DNA of 64,000 nt from Coraliomargarita sp. (GCA_965216325.1 OZ244160.1:2592001-2656000), one strand, 5' to 3'; shown: positions 1 through 12,103, counted from the first letter of the stretch. Notes: a model not told the origin generated them from the sequence alone. A program made the numbers and translations.

Positions 1-684
<684 letters not shown>

Positions 685-752
685 TTGAGCTCAGTTTAAA
701 TTTCCGAAGCATCTTAATTCAGAAACGCTTCGACAAAATTTGTTCTTTGTAA

Positions 753-1541
753 ATGGCTGTCTCTTCCAAATCTCTGAAATACATTCGTTCCGACGAAGAA
801 ATTCAGTCGATTCGTGAAGCCTGCCAAGTGGCTGCAACTGTGTTGCAACGCTTGGTGGATTCTGTGGAAGCGGGCATGACCACCTACGATCTCGACCAAC
901 TTGGTCGCAAACACATCGAGTCGCTCGGTGCGGAAAGTGCTTGTTACAACTACCGCTCCGGCCACAACGTGTTCCCAGCCTATACCTGCATTTCAGTGAA
1001 CGACGAAATCGTTCACGGTATTGGTAGCCTCAAGCGTGTGATTAATGAGGGGGACGCGGTATCTATCGATGTGGTTGTGCGCTACAAGGGGTTTATCGGC
1101 GATAATGCAAAAACGGTGCTGATCGAGCCCGTCGCCGAAGAAACAGCCAAGATGGTCAAAGCGACTCAAGAAGCATTGAACTATGCCATCACCTTTGCCA
1201 AAGCCGGCAATCGGGTGGGGGATATCTCCAATGCGGTTGAGCGCTTCATCAAACGTCACAACTACGGCATCGTCCGTGAGTTCGTCGGCCACGGGGTTGG
1301 ACGGACCATGCACGAAGCACCGCAGATTCCGAACTTCGGCCGTCGTGGTAGTGGAGCGTTACTCAAGCCGGGCATGGCGCTCGCGATTGAGCCGATGATC
1401 AATCTCGGCACCCATGCGGTCGAGATGCTAGACGATGGATGGACGGCAGTCACACGCGACGGGAAGCCTTCCGCTCATTTTGAACACACCGTTCTGGTAA
1501 CGAACGCGGAACCAGAAATCTTAACAATTCCCAAAATTTAA
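753..1541 (+). CDS. map: Type I methionine aminopeptidase
   Basis: CISVNDEIVHG, GHGVGRTMHEAP, AIEPMIN and SAHFEHTV motifs. Confidence 0.97.
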   Translation: MAVSSKSLKYIRSDEEIQSIREACQVAATVLQRLVDSVEAGMTTYDLDQLGRKHIESLGAESACYNYRSGHNVFPAYTCISVNDEIVHGIGSLKRVINEGDAVSIDVVVRYKGFIGDNAKTVLIEPVAEETAKMVKATQEALNYAITFAKAGNRVGDISNAVERFIKRHNYGIVREFVGHGVGRTMHEAPQIPNFGRRGSGALLKPGMALAIEPMINLGTHAVEMLDDGWTAVTRDGKPSAHFEHTVLVTNAEPEILTIPKI

Positions 1542-1559
1542 CTTTCCAAAAGGAATTTA

Positions 1560-1597
<38 letters not shown>

Positions 1598-1617
1598 CTA
1601 TTAACGTATTTTTTATT

Positions 1618-1980
1618 ATGCCACGTATCTTAGGAGTCGACATCCCTGCTAACAAGAAGCTCGAATACTCGCTTCGCTATGTCTACGGCATTGGCCCGAC
1701 ACGCGCGAAGACAATCGTCGCCGAAGCCGGCTTCGATCCAGATCGCCGTGCTGGTGACCTGAGTGAAGAAGAGCTCAACAAGCTCGCAACTATTGTTGCA
1801 GACAAGCAATACGTCGTTGAAGGTGACCTCCGTCGTGAGATCACTGCCAACCTTAAGCGCCTGATCGCTGTTCGCAGCTGGCGTGGAATGCGTCACGCAC
1901 GTGGCCTTCCGGTTCGTGGCCAACGCACTAAGACTAATGCTCGCACGCGCAAGGGCGCTGTGAAGCCAATCCGCAAGTAA
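1618..1980 (+). CDS. rpsM: 30S ribosomal protein S13
   Basis: MPRILGVDIP, VYGIG and GLPVRGQRTKTNARTRKG motifs. Confidence 0.98.
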   Translation: MPRILGVDIPANKKLEYSLRYVYGIGPTRAKTIVAEAGFDPDRRAGDLSEEELNKLATIVADKQYVVEGDLRREITANLKRLIAVRSWRGMRHARGLPVRGQRTKTNARTRKGAVKPIRK

Positions 1981-2022
1981 TTCGCGAAATCGCGTAAAAA
2001 CATTTAGAAAAGGACATTTGCA

Positions 2023-2532
2023 ATGAGCGAAGAGCAAGCAAACCCATCCGCAGAAGAAGAAAAGGTCGACGCAGTAGCCGCTGCTGAAGCACCCGAAGCA
2101 CCTGTAAAGAAGGAAGAAACCGCAGAGGATCTCCTTAAGAGCGATCTTGACGGTGTTAAGATCCGTCGTGCTAAGGGCAGCAAGAACATTACCTCCGGTA
2201 TTGTGAATGTGCTCGCTACTTTCAACAACACTAAGGTGACCTTCACCGATGCACGCGGCAATGTGATCTCCTGGTCCAGCGCAGGTAAGTGCAACTTCCG
2301 CGGTTCCCGCAAGTCCACTGCATACGCAGCTCAGGTCGTAACACAAGACGCAGGCCGCGTCGCTGTTTCCCACGGCATGAAGGAAGTCGTCGTTAAGCTG
2401 AAGGGTCCAGGTATGGGCCGCGACTCCGCTGTTCGTGCACTCCAATCTTTAGGCATGGTCGTGACTGAAATCGTTGACGTCACACCCGTTCCACACAACG
2501 GCTGCCGTGCTCCAAAACGTCGTCGTGTCTAA
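2023..2532 (+). CDS. rpsK: 30S ribosomal protein S11 with an acidic N-terminal extension
   Basis: [16 protein letters not shown] and [11 protein letters not shown] motifs. Confidence 0.98.
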   Translation: MSEEQANPSAEEEKVDAVAAAEAPEAPVKKEETAEDLLKSDLDGVKIRRAKGSKNITSGIVNVLATFNNTKVTFTDARGNVISWSSAGKCNFRGSRKSTAYAAQVVTQDAGRVAVSHGMKEVVVKLKGPGMGRDSAVRALQSLGMVVTEIVDVTPVPHNGCRAPKRRRV

Positions 2533-2593
2533 GGTGTAATCTGCCACCTGGACGCACTCAATACTCCGCAGAACAAAACCAGAATAGAATACC

Positions 2594-3202
<609 letters not shown>

Positions 3203-3278
3203 TCAGTTAGTTAGGGTTGACCTCAGGTTAATTCTACTAGACGAATTTATAATTTCTTAAACCCGTTAACAAAGAAAT

Positions 3279-4285
<1,007 letters not shown>

Positions 4286-4302
4286 TTAACCTACCCGAAA
4301 GC

Positions 4303-4879
<577 letters not shown>

Positions 4880-4907
4880 TTCTTCTGACTTTAAGAAAGA
4901 CTTGAAT

Positions 4908-4940
4908 AAGCGTCTCGGAGTAATCCGGGGCGTTTTTTTT
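4908..4940 (+). terminator. Intrinsic terminator ending the alpha operon
   Basis: AAGCGTCTCGGA-GTAA-TCCGGGGCGTT hairpin followed by a T8 tract. Confidence 0.85.
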
Positions 4941-5251
4941 CGGTCCAGTTGGGAACCGGTATCCGGACTACTGGAAGTTGGTGAAATTGATGTGGGCAGA
5001 GGCGGAAATTGGTTTCAAACGGGTTAAATGAGCCTGTCATTTGCATTTTTGAATGGCTCTGTTTACATATGTTTTAGCTAACTATCTGACATGCATCATG
5101 TTACTCCTTACGGCACTAAAATTGCCGTTTTTATCGCATATTTACTCGAAATTACCCTGAATCGCGTTAGGGTAGATTTCGTTATTTTAAATCGTGGCTG
5201 CGAGCGATTCGCGCCTGTAGTCGCAACACACTAACCCACAACCACACGTAT

Positions 5252-6856
5252 ATGAAAATCACCCAAAAGCTCCTCGGAGTATCTGCAGTTGCAGGGATGA
5301 TCTTCGTCGGTGCCACGCAGCTTACAGCGCAGCGCGAAGTCGATGAAGGTAAGAACTTCACAGTCTCAGATTCTCCTGAAACGACGGTATTCAATCTTCA
5401 GAATCCGTCTACCAATCGTCACATCCACGATCTGGATCGTGATGAGCCGAAGCCTGCGCCAGCTGAGCCAGCACCAGTCGTCGATTGCGATCCAGGTGTT
5501 GTCTCCAGTAGTGTCGACAAGTATGCAGTCAGTCTCGACAAGTCTGCGCCTGCTACAGTTGCGCTGAATGAGCCTTACACATACTCTTACACGGCCACTG
5601 CGAAGCAGGACCTGAAGAAGGTTGTGGTTGAGGAGCAAATCCCATCCGGAACCGTTTATGTTTCCAGTGATCCGGAAGCGGACGTGAAGGGCAGCAACGT
5701 AACCTGGACACTTTACAACCTTGAGGATGGCCAAAGTGTGCCACTCACATTGGTTGTAAAGCCAACGACTGTTGCCGACCTGAGCAACTGCGCCACCATC
5801 ACTGCATATCCAGAAGCTTGCACCACAACAACTGTTGGTCAGCCTAAGCTCGCGATCACTAAGACCACTCCAGAGGAGCGTGTCCTGATCGGTTCTGGAG
5901 TGCCTTGGGATATCACTGTTACCAACGTGGGTGATTTCTGCGCATACGACGTCGTTGTTACAGATACGCTTCCATCTGGTGTGACACACGAAAGTGGTGA
6001 GAAGACACTTACTACTGAGATTGGCACACTTGCTCCGGGTGAAAGCCGTGATATCTCTGTCGACACCACTGCTGCGGCAACTGGTCAACACTGCAATGTT
6101 GCGCGTGCGGATTCCTCCAATGCAGGTTCCGCTCAAGACGACGCATGTGTCACCATCGTTGAAGCTGGTCTTGATATCGTCAAGGACGGTCAAGACATGC
6201 AGTTCCTCGACAAGACGGCAACTTACACCATCAAGGTCACTAACACCGGTGACGTTGCTCTCGATGACGTAGTCGTAACTGACACTGCTCCAGCTGGCAC
6301 TGAAATCGCTTCTGCACCAGGTGCTGACGTTAGCGGCAACACAGCTACATGGACAACTGCGCTTGCAGCTGGTCAGTCCAAGACATTCGACCTCAAGCTT
6401 GTTGGTCGTGAGCCTGGCGTTCTTTGCAACGAAGCAACTGCTGCCTCCGACAACTACGGCTTGAGTGATACGGACGATGCTTGCACCGAGTGGAAGGGCT
6501 ACCCAGCGCTTCTCCTTGAGGTAATCGATAGCCATGACCCACTGCTTGTTGGCGAAGAAACAACCTATGTGATCCAAGTAACTAACCAGGGCACCGCACC
6601 TGACACCAACATCGACATGAAGGCAGTCGTTCCTGCTGGCCTCGAGTTGGTATCCGCTTCTGGTGACACTAAGGGTAGCATCTCTGGTAACACAGTTACC
6701 TTCGCTCCATATCCGAAGCTCGAAGCTAAGGAAGTTATCCAGTTCCGTGTGATTGCTAAGGCAACCGCAACGGGTGACAAGCGCTTCAAGGCTTATATGA
6801 CCTCCGACCTCCTCAAGGATCCAGTTCCAGAAGAGGAAGCAACCCAGGTCTACTAA
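5252..6856 (+). CDS. Exported Cys-containing DUF11-repeat protein resembling chlamydial OmcB
   Basis: Signal peptide; repeated DUF11-like units (ITVTNVG..VVVTDTLP, YTIKVTNTG..VVVTDT); WKG..LEVIDSHDPLLVGEETTYVIQVTNQG segment resembles OmcB; highly biased codon use. Confidence 0.75.
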   Translation: MKITQKLLGVSAVAGMIFVGATQLTAQREVDEGKNFTVSDSPETTVFNLQNPSTNRHIHDLDRDEPKPAPAEPAPVVDCDPGVVSSSVDKYAVSLDKSAPATVALNEPYTYSYTATAKQDLKKVVVEEQIPSGTVYVSSDPEADVKGSNVTWTLYNLEDGQSVPLTLVVKPTTVADLSNCATITAYPEACTTTTVGQPKLAITKTTPEERVLIGSGVPWDITVTNVGDFCAYDVVVTDTLPSGVTHESGEKTLTTEIGTLAPGESRDISVDTTAAATGQHCNVARADSSNAGSAQDDACVTIVEAGLDIVKDGQDMQFLDKTATYTIKVTNTGDVALDDVVVTDTAPAGTEIASAPGADVSGNTATWTTALAAGQSKTFDLKLVGREPGVLCNEATAASDNYGLSDTDDACTEWKGYPALLLEVIDSHDPLLVGEETTYVIQVTNQGTAPDTNIDMKAVVPAGLELVSASGDTKGSISGNTVTFAPYPKLEAKEVIQFRVIAKATATGDKRFKAYMTSDLLKDPVPEEEATQVY

Positions 6857-6878
6857 GACTCAGCAGTCTCAAACTTTC

Positions 6879-6911
6879 AGAGGTGTCCGCAGTGCGGGCA
6901 CCTCTTTTTTT
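6879..6911 (+). terminator. Intrinsic terminator that serves as the group IIC intron insertion signal
   Basis: AGAGGTGTCCGC-AGT-GCGGGCACCTCT hairpin plus T tract, ending 2 nt before the intron GTGCG. Confidence 0.9.
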
Positions 6912-6913
6912 GT

Positions 6914-8827
6914 GTGCGCCCGGCAGGGCGCACTTACTCGACAGTGATTATTAATGGAAATTGATGAAAGTCTGTTACTCGCCCGGCAAGGGGAAGAGTT
7001 AGCCGAAGGGCAACTGCGGCATCGCGAGGTGTTCGTGGGAAGGAAGCCTATGGCAAAGCACTGGCCTGACGAACAGGAATCGCATAAGAGGCGTTTGCGT
7101 TGGATGAGGAGGCACAGAACTTCAAAGTCCGAAACTTGCCCGGAAAGCGCAGGCGTATATGCGGCAGGCATAAGTGTGACGGTAAGTGCGCATTACCCGG
7201 GGAGGTCTCTGAACATGCTACTGGCTACCAGTGTCGCGAGGCACTGGGATGTGTTTAGAGAAGTCAGCCGAGATCATAGTAGCCTGCACAGGTCGCGGGC
7301 GAAGGATCGAACCGAAGAACGACAACAAGGACTGAGACCATGAGCGAGAGCAGGGAAGCAGAAGCTGGCGGCACCACCCGTCAGACCCGCGTGGAAGGAA
7401 CCGGACGGCATCTGGGGCGAGTCCATGCGGGCGCATCAAGCGCGCCATCGGCCTTGGAGAACCGAGTTGCTCACCAATACGACCTGATTCGACAGGTGAC
7501 CGAGCGCGGCAATATCAAAGCCGCGTGGAAGAAAGTGCGCCGCAACGGCGGCAGAGCGGGCATCGACGAGCGCGACATGGAAGCCAGCCTGGCGTATCTA
7601 AATGCGCACTGGGAGCAGATCGAATCGCAGTTGCTGACCGGGAGGTATCGTCCCCCGGCAGTGCTGCGTCTGGAGATCAAAAAGCCGGGCGGGGGCACCC
7701 GCAAGCTGGGCGTTCCCACGATCGTTGACCGTGTGCTGCAACAAGCGGCCTTGCAGATACTCAGCCCGATCTTCGACCCCCTGTTCAGCGAACACAGCTA
7801 CGGGTTCCGCCCCGGACGCAGCGCAGGACAAGCGGTCGAACAGGCGCAAAAGTATCAGCACGAAGGCAAGAACTGGGTCGTGGATATGGACTTGAAGGCC
7901 TTCTTCGACGAAGTGAACCACGACCTGCTGATGGCGCGGGTGCGCCGTCATGTGAAAGACAAAGCCATGCTCAAACTGATCCGCTCCTGGCTTAAAGCTG
8001 GAGTGATGATCGGCGGGCTGGTTCAACCCACGGAGAAAGGCACGCCTCAGGGTGGGCCGCTCTCTCCACTGCTGTCCAACATCATGTTGGACGATCTGGA
8101 TAAGGAACTGGAGAAGCGCGGCCATAGCTTCTGCCGCTACGCGGACGACTGTAACATTTACGTCGCCACGCAGCGCAGCGGCGAGCGTGTGCTCGCTTCG
8201 ATCACGAACTATTTGGAGACCAAACTGAAGCTGAAGGTCAACCACCTCAAAAGCGCGGTGGATCGTCCGAGCCGCCGGATCTTCCTCGGCTACAGCTTCA
8301 CTGGGGGCAAGCATAGCCGCATTCGCGTGCCCAAACAGACGACTCAAAAGATGAAGTCCAAGCTGCGGAAACTCTGCCGCAAAGGGCGCGGGCGCAACCT
8401 GCGCCGCTTCATCGCTGAGACGCTCAATCCAGTGCTACGCGGCTGGACGAACTACTTCCGCCTGAGTCAGACGAAAACCTTCGCCGGGGAACTGGACGAA
8501 TGGTTACGACATCGCTTGCGGTGCATCCTCTGGCGACAGTGGAAACGTCCCCACACCCGCTACAGGAAGCTGGTGCAGCTTGGGCTCAGCCCCGAATGTG
8601 CACGCAAAAGCAGCTACAACGGACGCGGGGCGTGGTTTAACAGCGGAGCCTCTCACATGAACCAAGCCCTCCCACGCAAAGCCTTCACGCAAATGAAGCT
8701 CCTATCTGTCTATGATTTGCTCGAATTGATGAGAGCCGAAATCCTTCTTCGGAACCGCCGTGATACGTGAACCGTACGTCCGGTGGTGTGAGAGCTTGGA
8801 GCGGGCAACCGCTCCCGGCTACTCGAT
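6914..8827 (+). mobile_element. Group II intron, class IIC, apparently intact
   Basis: 5' GTGCGCCCGGCAGGGCGC; domain V AACCGCCGTGATACGTGAACCGTACGTCCGGTGGT with CGC triad; domain VI ending CTACTCGAT; located right after a terminator. Confidence 0.93.
7340..8770 (+). CDS. ltrA: Group II intron reverse transcriptase/maturase without an endonuclease domain
   Basis: RKLGVPTIVDR, SYGFRPGRS, DMDLKAFFD, GTPQGGPLSPLLSNI, YADD, FLGYSF and RGWTNYF motifs. Confidence 0.96.
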   Translation: MSESREAEAGGTTRQTRVEGTGRHLGRVHAGASSAPSALENRVAHQYDLIRQVTERGNIKAAWKKVRRNGGRAGIDERDMEASLAYLNAHWEQIESQLLTGRYRPPAVLRLEIKKPGGGTRKLGVPTIVDRVLQQAALQILSPIFDPLFSEHSYGFRPGRSAGQAVEQAQKYQHEGKNWVVDMDLKAFFDEVNHDLLMARVRRHVKDKAMLKLIRSWLKAGVMIGGLVQPTEKGTPQGGPLSPLLSNIMLDDLDKELEKRGHSFCRYADDCNIYVATQRSGERVLASITNYLETKLKLKVNHLKSAVDRPSRRIFLGYSFTGGKHSRIRVPKQTTQKMKSKLRKLCRKGRGRNLRRFIAETLNPVLRGWTNYFRLSQTKTFAGELDEWLRHRLRCILWRQWKRPHTRYRKLVQLGLSPECARKSSYNGRGAWFNSGASHMNQALPRKAFTQMKLLSVYDLLELMRAEILLRNRRDT

Positions 8828-8846
8828 GCGCCGTTCGAAGGAAATC

Positions 8847-9248
8847 CTACCAATCGCAGTCGTCGGGAATCTCTTCCGGGCCGAGTAATTTCTCAATATC
8901 GCGGCGATCCTTCTTAGTCGGGCGACCTCCGCCTTCATGTTTGAACAGACGTGCGTTGGCGCGTTGTTCAAGTGCTGCGTCGATGGCTTCTTGTGGTGTC
9001 CGGTCTTCGGAGAACTCAGGCACGCGCGGTGCGCCGACGCGTTTCTCGGTCAGTCCGACCACGTGCAAGGTGCGCGTCATCGCTTTGGTGCGTGCGATGA
9101 CCGTGTCGCCAATTCGCACTTTGGCGGAGGGCTTGGCGATGACATTGTTCACCCGGACTGCCGAGCCTCGGCAAGCCTCAGCGGCATCGCTGCGCGTCTT
9201 ATACAGACGCACCGCCCAAAGCCATTTATCCAAGCGAACAGATTCCAT
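8847..9248 (-). CDS. hslR: S4-domain ribosome-associated heat shock protein Hsp15
   Basis: VRLDKWLWAVRLYKTRS.A and GRPTKKDRR motifs. Confidence 0.9.
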   Translation of the reverse strand: MESVRLDKWLWAVRLYKTRSDAAEACRGSAVRVNNVIAKPSAKVRIGDTVIARTKAMTRTLHVVGLTEKRVGAPRVPEFSEDRTPQEAIDAALEQRANARLFKHEGGGRPTKKDRRDIEKLLGPEEIPDDCDW

Positions 9249-9261
9249 TTCTTCGAAAGGG

Positions 9262-9330
9262 GAACATCGAACATTTAACGTCGAACTAAGAATTCACGAT
9301 TCGACGTTGGAAGTTCGATTTTCAACGTTC
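9262..9330. repeat. Inverted pair of GAACRTC-type heptamer arrays with no gene inside
   Basis: gaacatc gaacatt taacgtc gaactaa followed by gacgttg gaagttc gattttc aacgttc. Confidence 0.8.
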
Positions 9331-10479
9331 CTTAAGGGCAGCTTTCATCTTCTCTAAGCCTTCAATTAGACGGCTTTGCGGGCAGCCAAAGTTTAGACGT
9401 ACGTGCTGGTGTCCGTCGAAGGGAATGCCATCGGAGAGGCCTACGCCGTGGTCTTCAAAGAATTTCACCGGGTTGTCCAACTCCAGCTTGCTGACGTCGA
9501 ACCAGGCTAGGTAGGTGGATTCCATCGGACGGAAGGTGATATCCGGCATTTGTTCTTTGATGAACTTGAAGAGTAACTCGTAGTTGCTTTTCAAATATGC
9601 GAGGAGCGCCTGACGCCATGGCTCACCGTGGTTGTAAGCAGCCTCGCAACCAGCATAGCCAAAGCAGTTTACCTCGGTGATGATGCCGCGGATGGTCTTC
9701 TGGAATTGTAGACGCAACTTGCTGTCTTCAATTACCGAGAATGCACAGGCTAGGCCAGGTAGGTTGTAAGTCTTGCTTGGAGCCATGAGCGTGACAGTGC
9801 GCTTCGCGATCTGCTCACTCAGTGTCGCGGTGACGATGTGCTTTGCGTCATCATCGAACACGAGGTCGCAGTGGATCTCGTCTGAGATCAGGATTAGATC
9901 GTGGCGCTCGCAGAAGTCAGCCATCTTGGTCAACTCTTCGCGCGTGTAGACACGGCCGACCGGATTGTGGGGGCTGCATAGCACGAAGACCTTGGTGTTT
10001 GGCTTTACCAACGCTTCCATCGCCTCGAAGTCGAGTGTCCAGACATCGTCTTCGTTCAGGCAAAGCGGTGCCTTGATCAGTTCGCGATTCGCGTAGTCGG
10101 GTGCGCTGAGGAAGGGCGGATAGACCGGGGTTGCGGTCATGACCGAATCACCGGGCTCAGTAAAGGCGTGGCAGCAGAGGTTGATGGCCGGCACGAGGCC
10201 AGGGAGGAAGTTGAGCCAGCTAGCCTTGGCTTCGTAGTTGTGTTGACGCTGCAGGTAATTGAGCACTGCTTCGACGGGTGCGTCGAAGGGAACGGTGTAG
10301 CCAAATACGCCGTGGTCGAGACGGGCTTGCAGCGCGTTCAGGATCTCAGGCGCAGAGGTGAAATCCATATCAGCGACCCAGAGCGGTAGGATGTCTTTGC
10401 CCTTATACTTGTCCCACTTGAGAGAGCCATAGCCCGTGCGGTCCGGGCAGCTGTTGAAATTGTAAACGGTGTCGGTCAT
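9322..10479 (-). CDS. MalY/PatB-family PLP-dependent C-S lyase (cystathionine beta-lyase type)
   Basis: PLWVADMDF, HGVFGY, LCSPHNPVGRV, ISDEIHCD, APSKTYNLPGL and RLNFGCP motifs. Confidence 0.92.
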   Translation of the reverse strand: MTDTVYNFNSCPDRTGYGSLKWDKYKGKDILPLWVADMDFTSAPEILNALQARLDHGVFGYTVPFDAPVEAVLNYLQRQHNYEAKASWLNFLPGLVPAINLCCHAFTEPGDSVMTATPVYPPFLSAPDYANRELIKAPLCLNEDDVWTLDFEAMEALVKPNTKVFVLCSPHNPVGRVYTREELTKMADFCERHDLILISDEIHCDLVFDDDAKHIVTATLSEQIAKRTVTLMAPSKTYNLPGLACAFSVIEDSKLRLQFQKTIRGIITEVNCFGYAGCEAAYNHGEPWRQALLAYLKSNYELLFKFIKEQMPDITFRPMESTYLAWFDVSKLELDNPVKFFEDHGVGLSDGIPFDGHQHVRLNFGCPQSRLIEGLEKMKAALKER

Positions 10480-10602
10480 ATGGGCGCAAAGATCAACAAG
10501 CAGTCTCGCGCCTGCAAATCATTTTGAGCTTTTGTTATTCACATCATTCGTAGATGACATGGGCGTTTATCAGGAGCACGGAAGTGCTATGATGATAAAC
10601 TT

Positions 10603-11691
10603 ATGCAAAACCCCACATCATCTACACGGACAACTAAGAACGCACTGGGCACAGTAATCAAGCTTGGCATTGACGTGCATGCGAGCACCTACGTGGTGGT
10701 CATGAAGATCGATAGCAGCGCCCCTTCACGCGCGAAGCGCATGAAGCCTGATATCTTCCTTCGATGGATTAAGCAGCTGAGCACTCAGTGCGAGCAGTTG
10801 CAAAGTTGCTACGAGGCCGGTCCTTTTGGTTACAGCCTGCACCGCAAGCTCAAGGCGATGGGCGTGAACAACCACGTAATCCGCCCGATCAACTGGGACA
10901 CTCATGGTAAGAAGGTAAAGACCGACGCGCGTGATGCGTTGCAAATGGTCTTGAGTCTGGACGGCTATCTGCGGGGCAATGACCGCAGCTTCAGTGTCGT
11001 GCGTGTGCCCAGCGAGCAAGAAGAGCGTCACCGCAGCCTAACCCGGCAGCGTGAAAGCTTCGTCAAAGAACGTGGCCGTGCGGCCAAGCGTGGTAAGAGT
11101 CTGGGACTGTATTACGATCAACCCTTACCCAGCGGCTGGTGGAAGCCGCGCAAATGGATGCAGCTACTCGAACAGCTCGACGATTTTTTGATCAGCCTGC
11201 TGGAGCCACTGCGGTTAAACTGCCTGCACTTTAGCGAGCTAATCAGCAACATCGAAGAACGTATCGAAGCGCTCGAGCCGGAACGGGTGCTGCCTAAAGG
11301 CATGGGGGTGGTCCTCTATGAACAGATCGAACGTGAGGTCTGCAACTGGAAGCGATTCAACAACCGCAAGGCGGTCAGTTCCTTTACCGGACTGTGCCCA
11401 AGCGAAGACACTAGTGCAAATCGGCGTTTCCAGGGCTCGATCAACAAACACGGCAGTCCCCGCCTGCGGCATATGCTACAAGAGTGCGCCTGGTTATTGA
11501 TCCGGTGGAATCCCGGCTACAGTGGGGTGCGTAAATGGCAGGCCAAGCTCAGCGACGAGACCACCAGTAAGGCGACCCGCAAGAAAATTGCCGTGGCCAT
11601 CGCCCGGCAGTTCGCCGTGGACTGGTGGCGCATACGCACTGGCCAATGCAGTCTCGAAGACTTCGGACTGATAAGCAGACAAAACCCATAA
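10603..11691 (+). CDS. IS110-family DEDD recombinase/transposase
   Basis: LGIDVH, YEAG, KTDARDA (DEDD); GLCPSEDTS (Ser loop); INKHGSPRLR; IAVAIARQ motifs. Confidence 0.95.
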   Translation: MQNPTSSTRTTKNALGTVIKLGIDVHASTYVVVMKIDSSAPSRAKRMKPDIFLRWIKQLSTQCEQLQSCYEAGPFGYSLHRKLKAMGVNNHVIRPINWDTHGKKVKTDARDALQMVLSLDGYLRGNDRSFSVVRVPSEQEERHRSLTRQRESFVKERGRAAKRGKSLGLYYDQPLPSGWWKPRKWMQLLEQLDDFLISLLEPLRLNCLHFSELISNIEERIEALEPERVLPKGMGVVLYEQIEREVCNWKRFNNRKAVSSFTGLCPSEDTSANRRFQGSINKHGSPRLRHMLQECAWLLIRWNPGYSGVRKWQAKLSDETTSKATRKKIAVAIARQFAVDWWRIRTGQCSLEDFGLISRQNP

Positions 11692-11758
11692 GTCCGAACC
11701 AACGCTAAAGGCCTTCACCCTCTGATTTTAACGTTCTTTTGCAGTTTTCCTTTGTGCG

Positions 11759-11903
11759 GAGTGAGTCTGACCAAGCCCCTGTTGCCAACACAACGATTTT
11801 GTAGAATAGGCCACTTCGCCACCAAGCTTTTGAATGACCCAATGGATAGGTCATAGTGTGCTCTTCTGAGAAACACTCAGAAACACGGATAGCAGGTTAT
11901 CCC
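11759..11903 (+). ncRNA. Predicted bridge/seek RNA core (target-binding and donor-binding loops); true RNA ends unknown
   Basis: Guides AAGCCCCT (11773-11780) and GTAG (11801-11804) match the target; GTCAT (11850-11854) and ATAGCAG (11889-11895) match the donor junction; each pair flanks an internal stem and is closed by an outer stem. Confidence 0.75.
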
Positions 11904-12029
11904 GGATCATCGAAACTCCGAGGCCATGCGCGGTGGACGCTCAAAGACGATTGCAATCAAAACAAACCACTTATCTTATGTAAAAACACTCACACGCTTC
12001 TACACTCTTGACAGAAACGAACATAGCAG

Positions 12030-12051
12030 GGGCTTTGCTTGCGAAGCCCGC
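12030..12051 (+). repeat. 3' part of the REP palindrome interrupted by the IS110 element
   Basis: GGGCTTTGCTTGCGAAGCCCGC; intact copy at 62380..62405 on the minus strand. Confidence 0.88.
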
Positions 12052-12103
12052 AGTTTGTTCGATAGATCTAGCAAGCGCGTTCGGCTTGCTTTGTGCGGGC
12101 GTA

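Larger units (their letters stand above)
10552..12029 (+). mobile_element. IS110-family element, IS1111-type; AG core present at both junctions, inserted in a REP
   Basis: Removing 10554..12029 restores CGTAGGGGCTTTGCTTGCGAAGCCCGC, identical to the REP at 62380..62406 (minus strand); imperfect subterminal IRs ATGGGCGTTT / AAACGAACAT; long non-coding region downstream of the ORF. Confidence 0.88.

Noticed and set aside
6954..7343. 129-aa ORF upstream of the intron RT
   Set aside because: Falls in ribozyme domains I-III; no protein motifs
10571..10593. Alternative IS110 left end at CAGG (10571-10574), or a junction using TATGAT at 10588
   Set aside because: Only the AG at 10552-10553 reconstitutes the intact REP and fits the subterminal IR spacing
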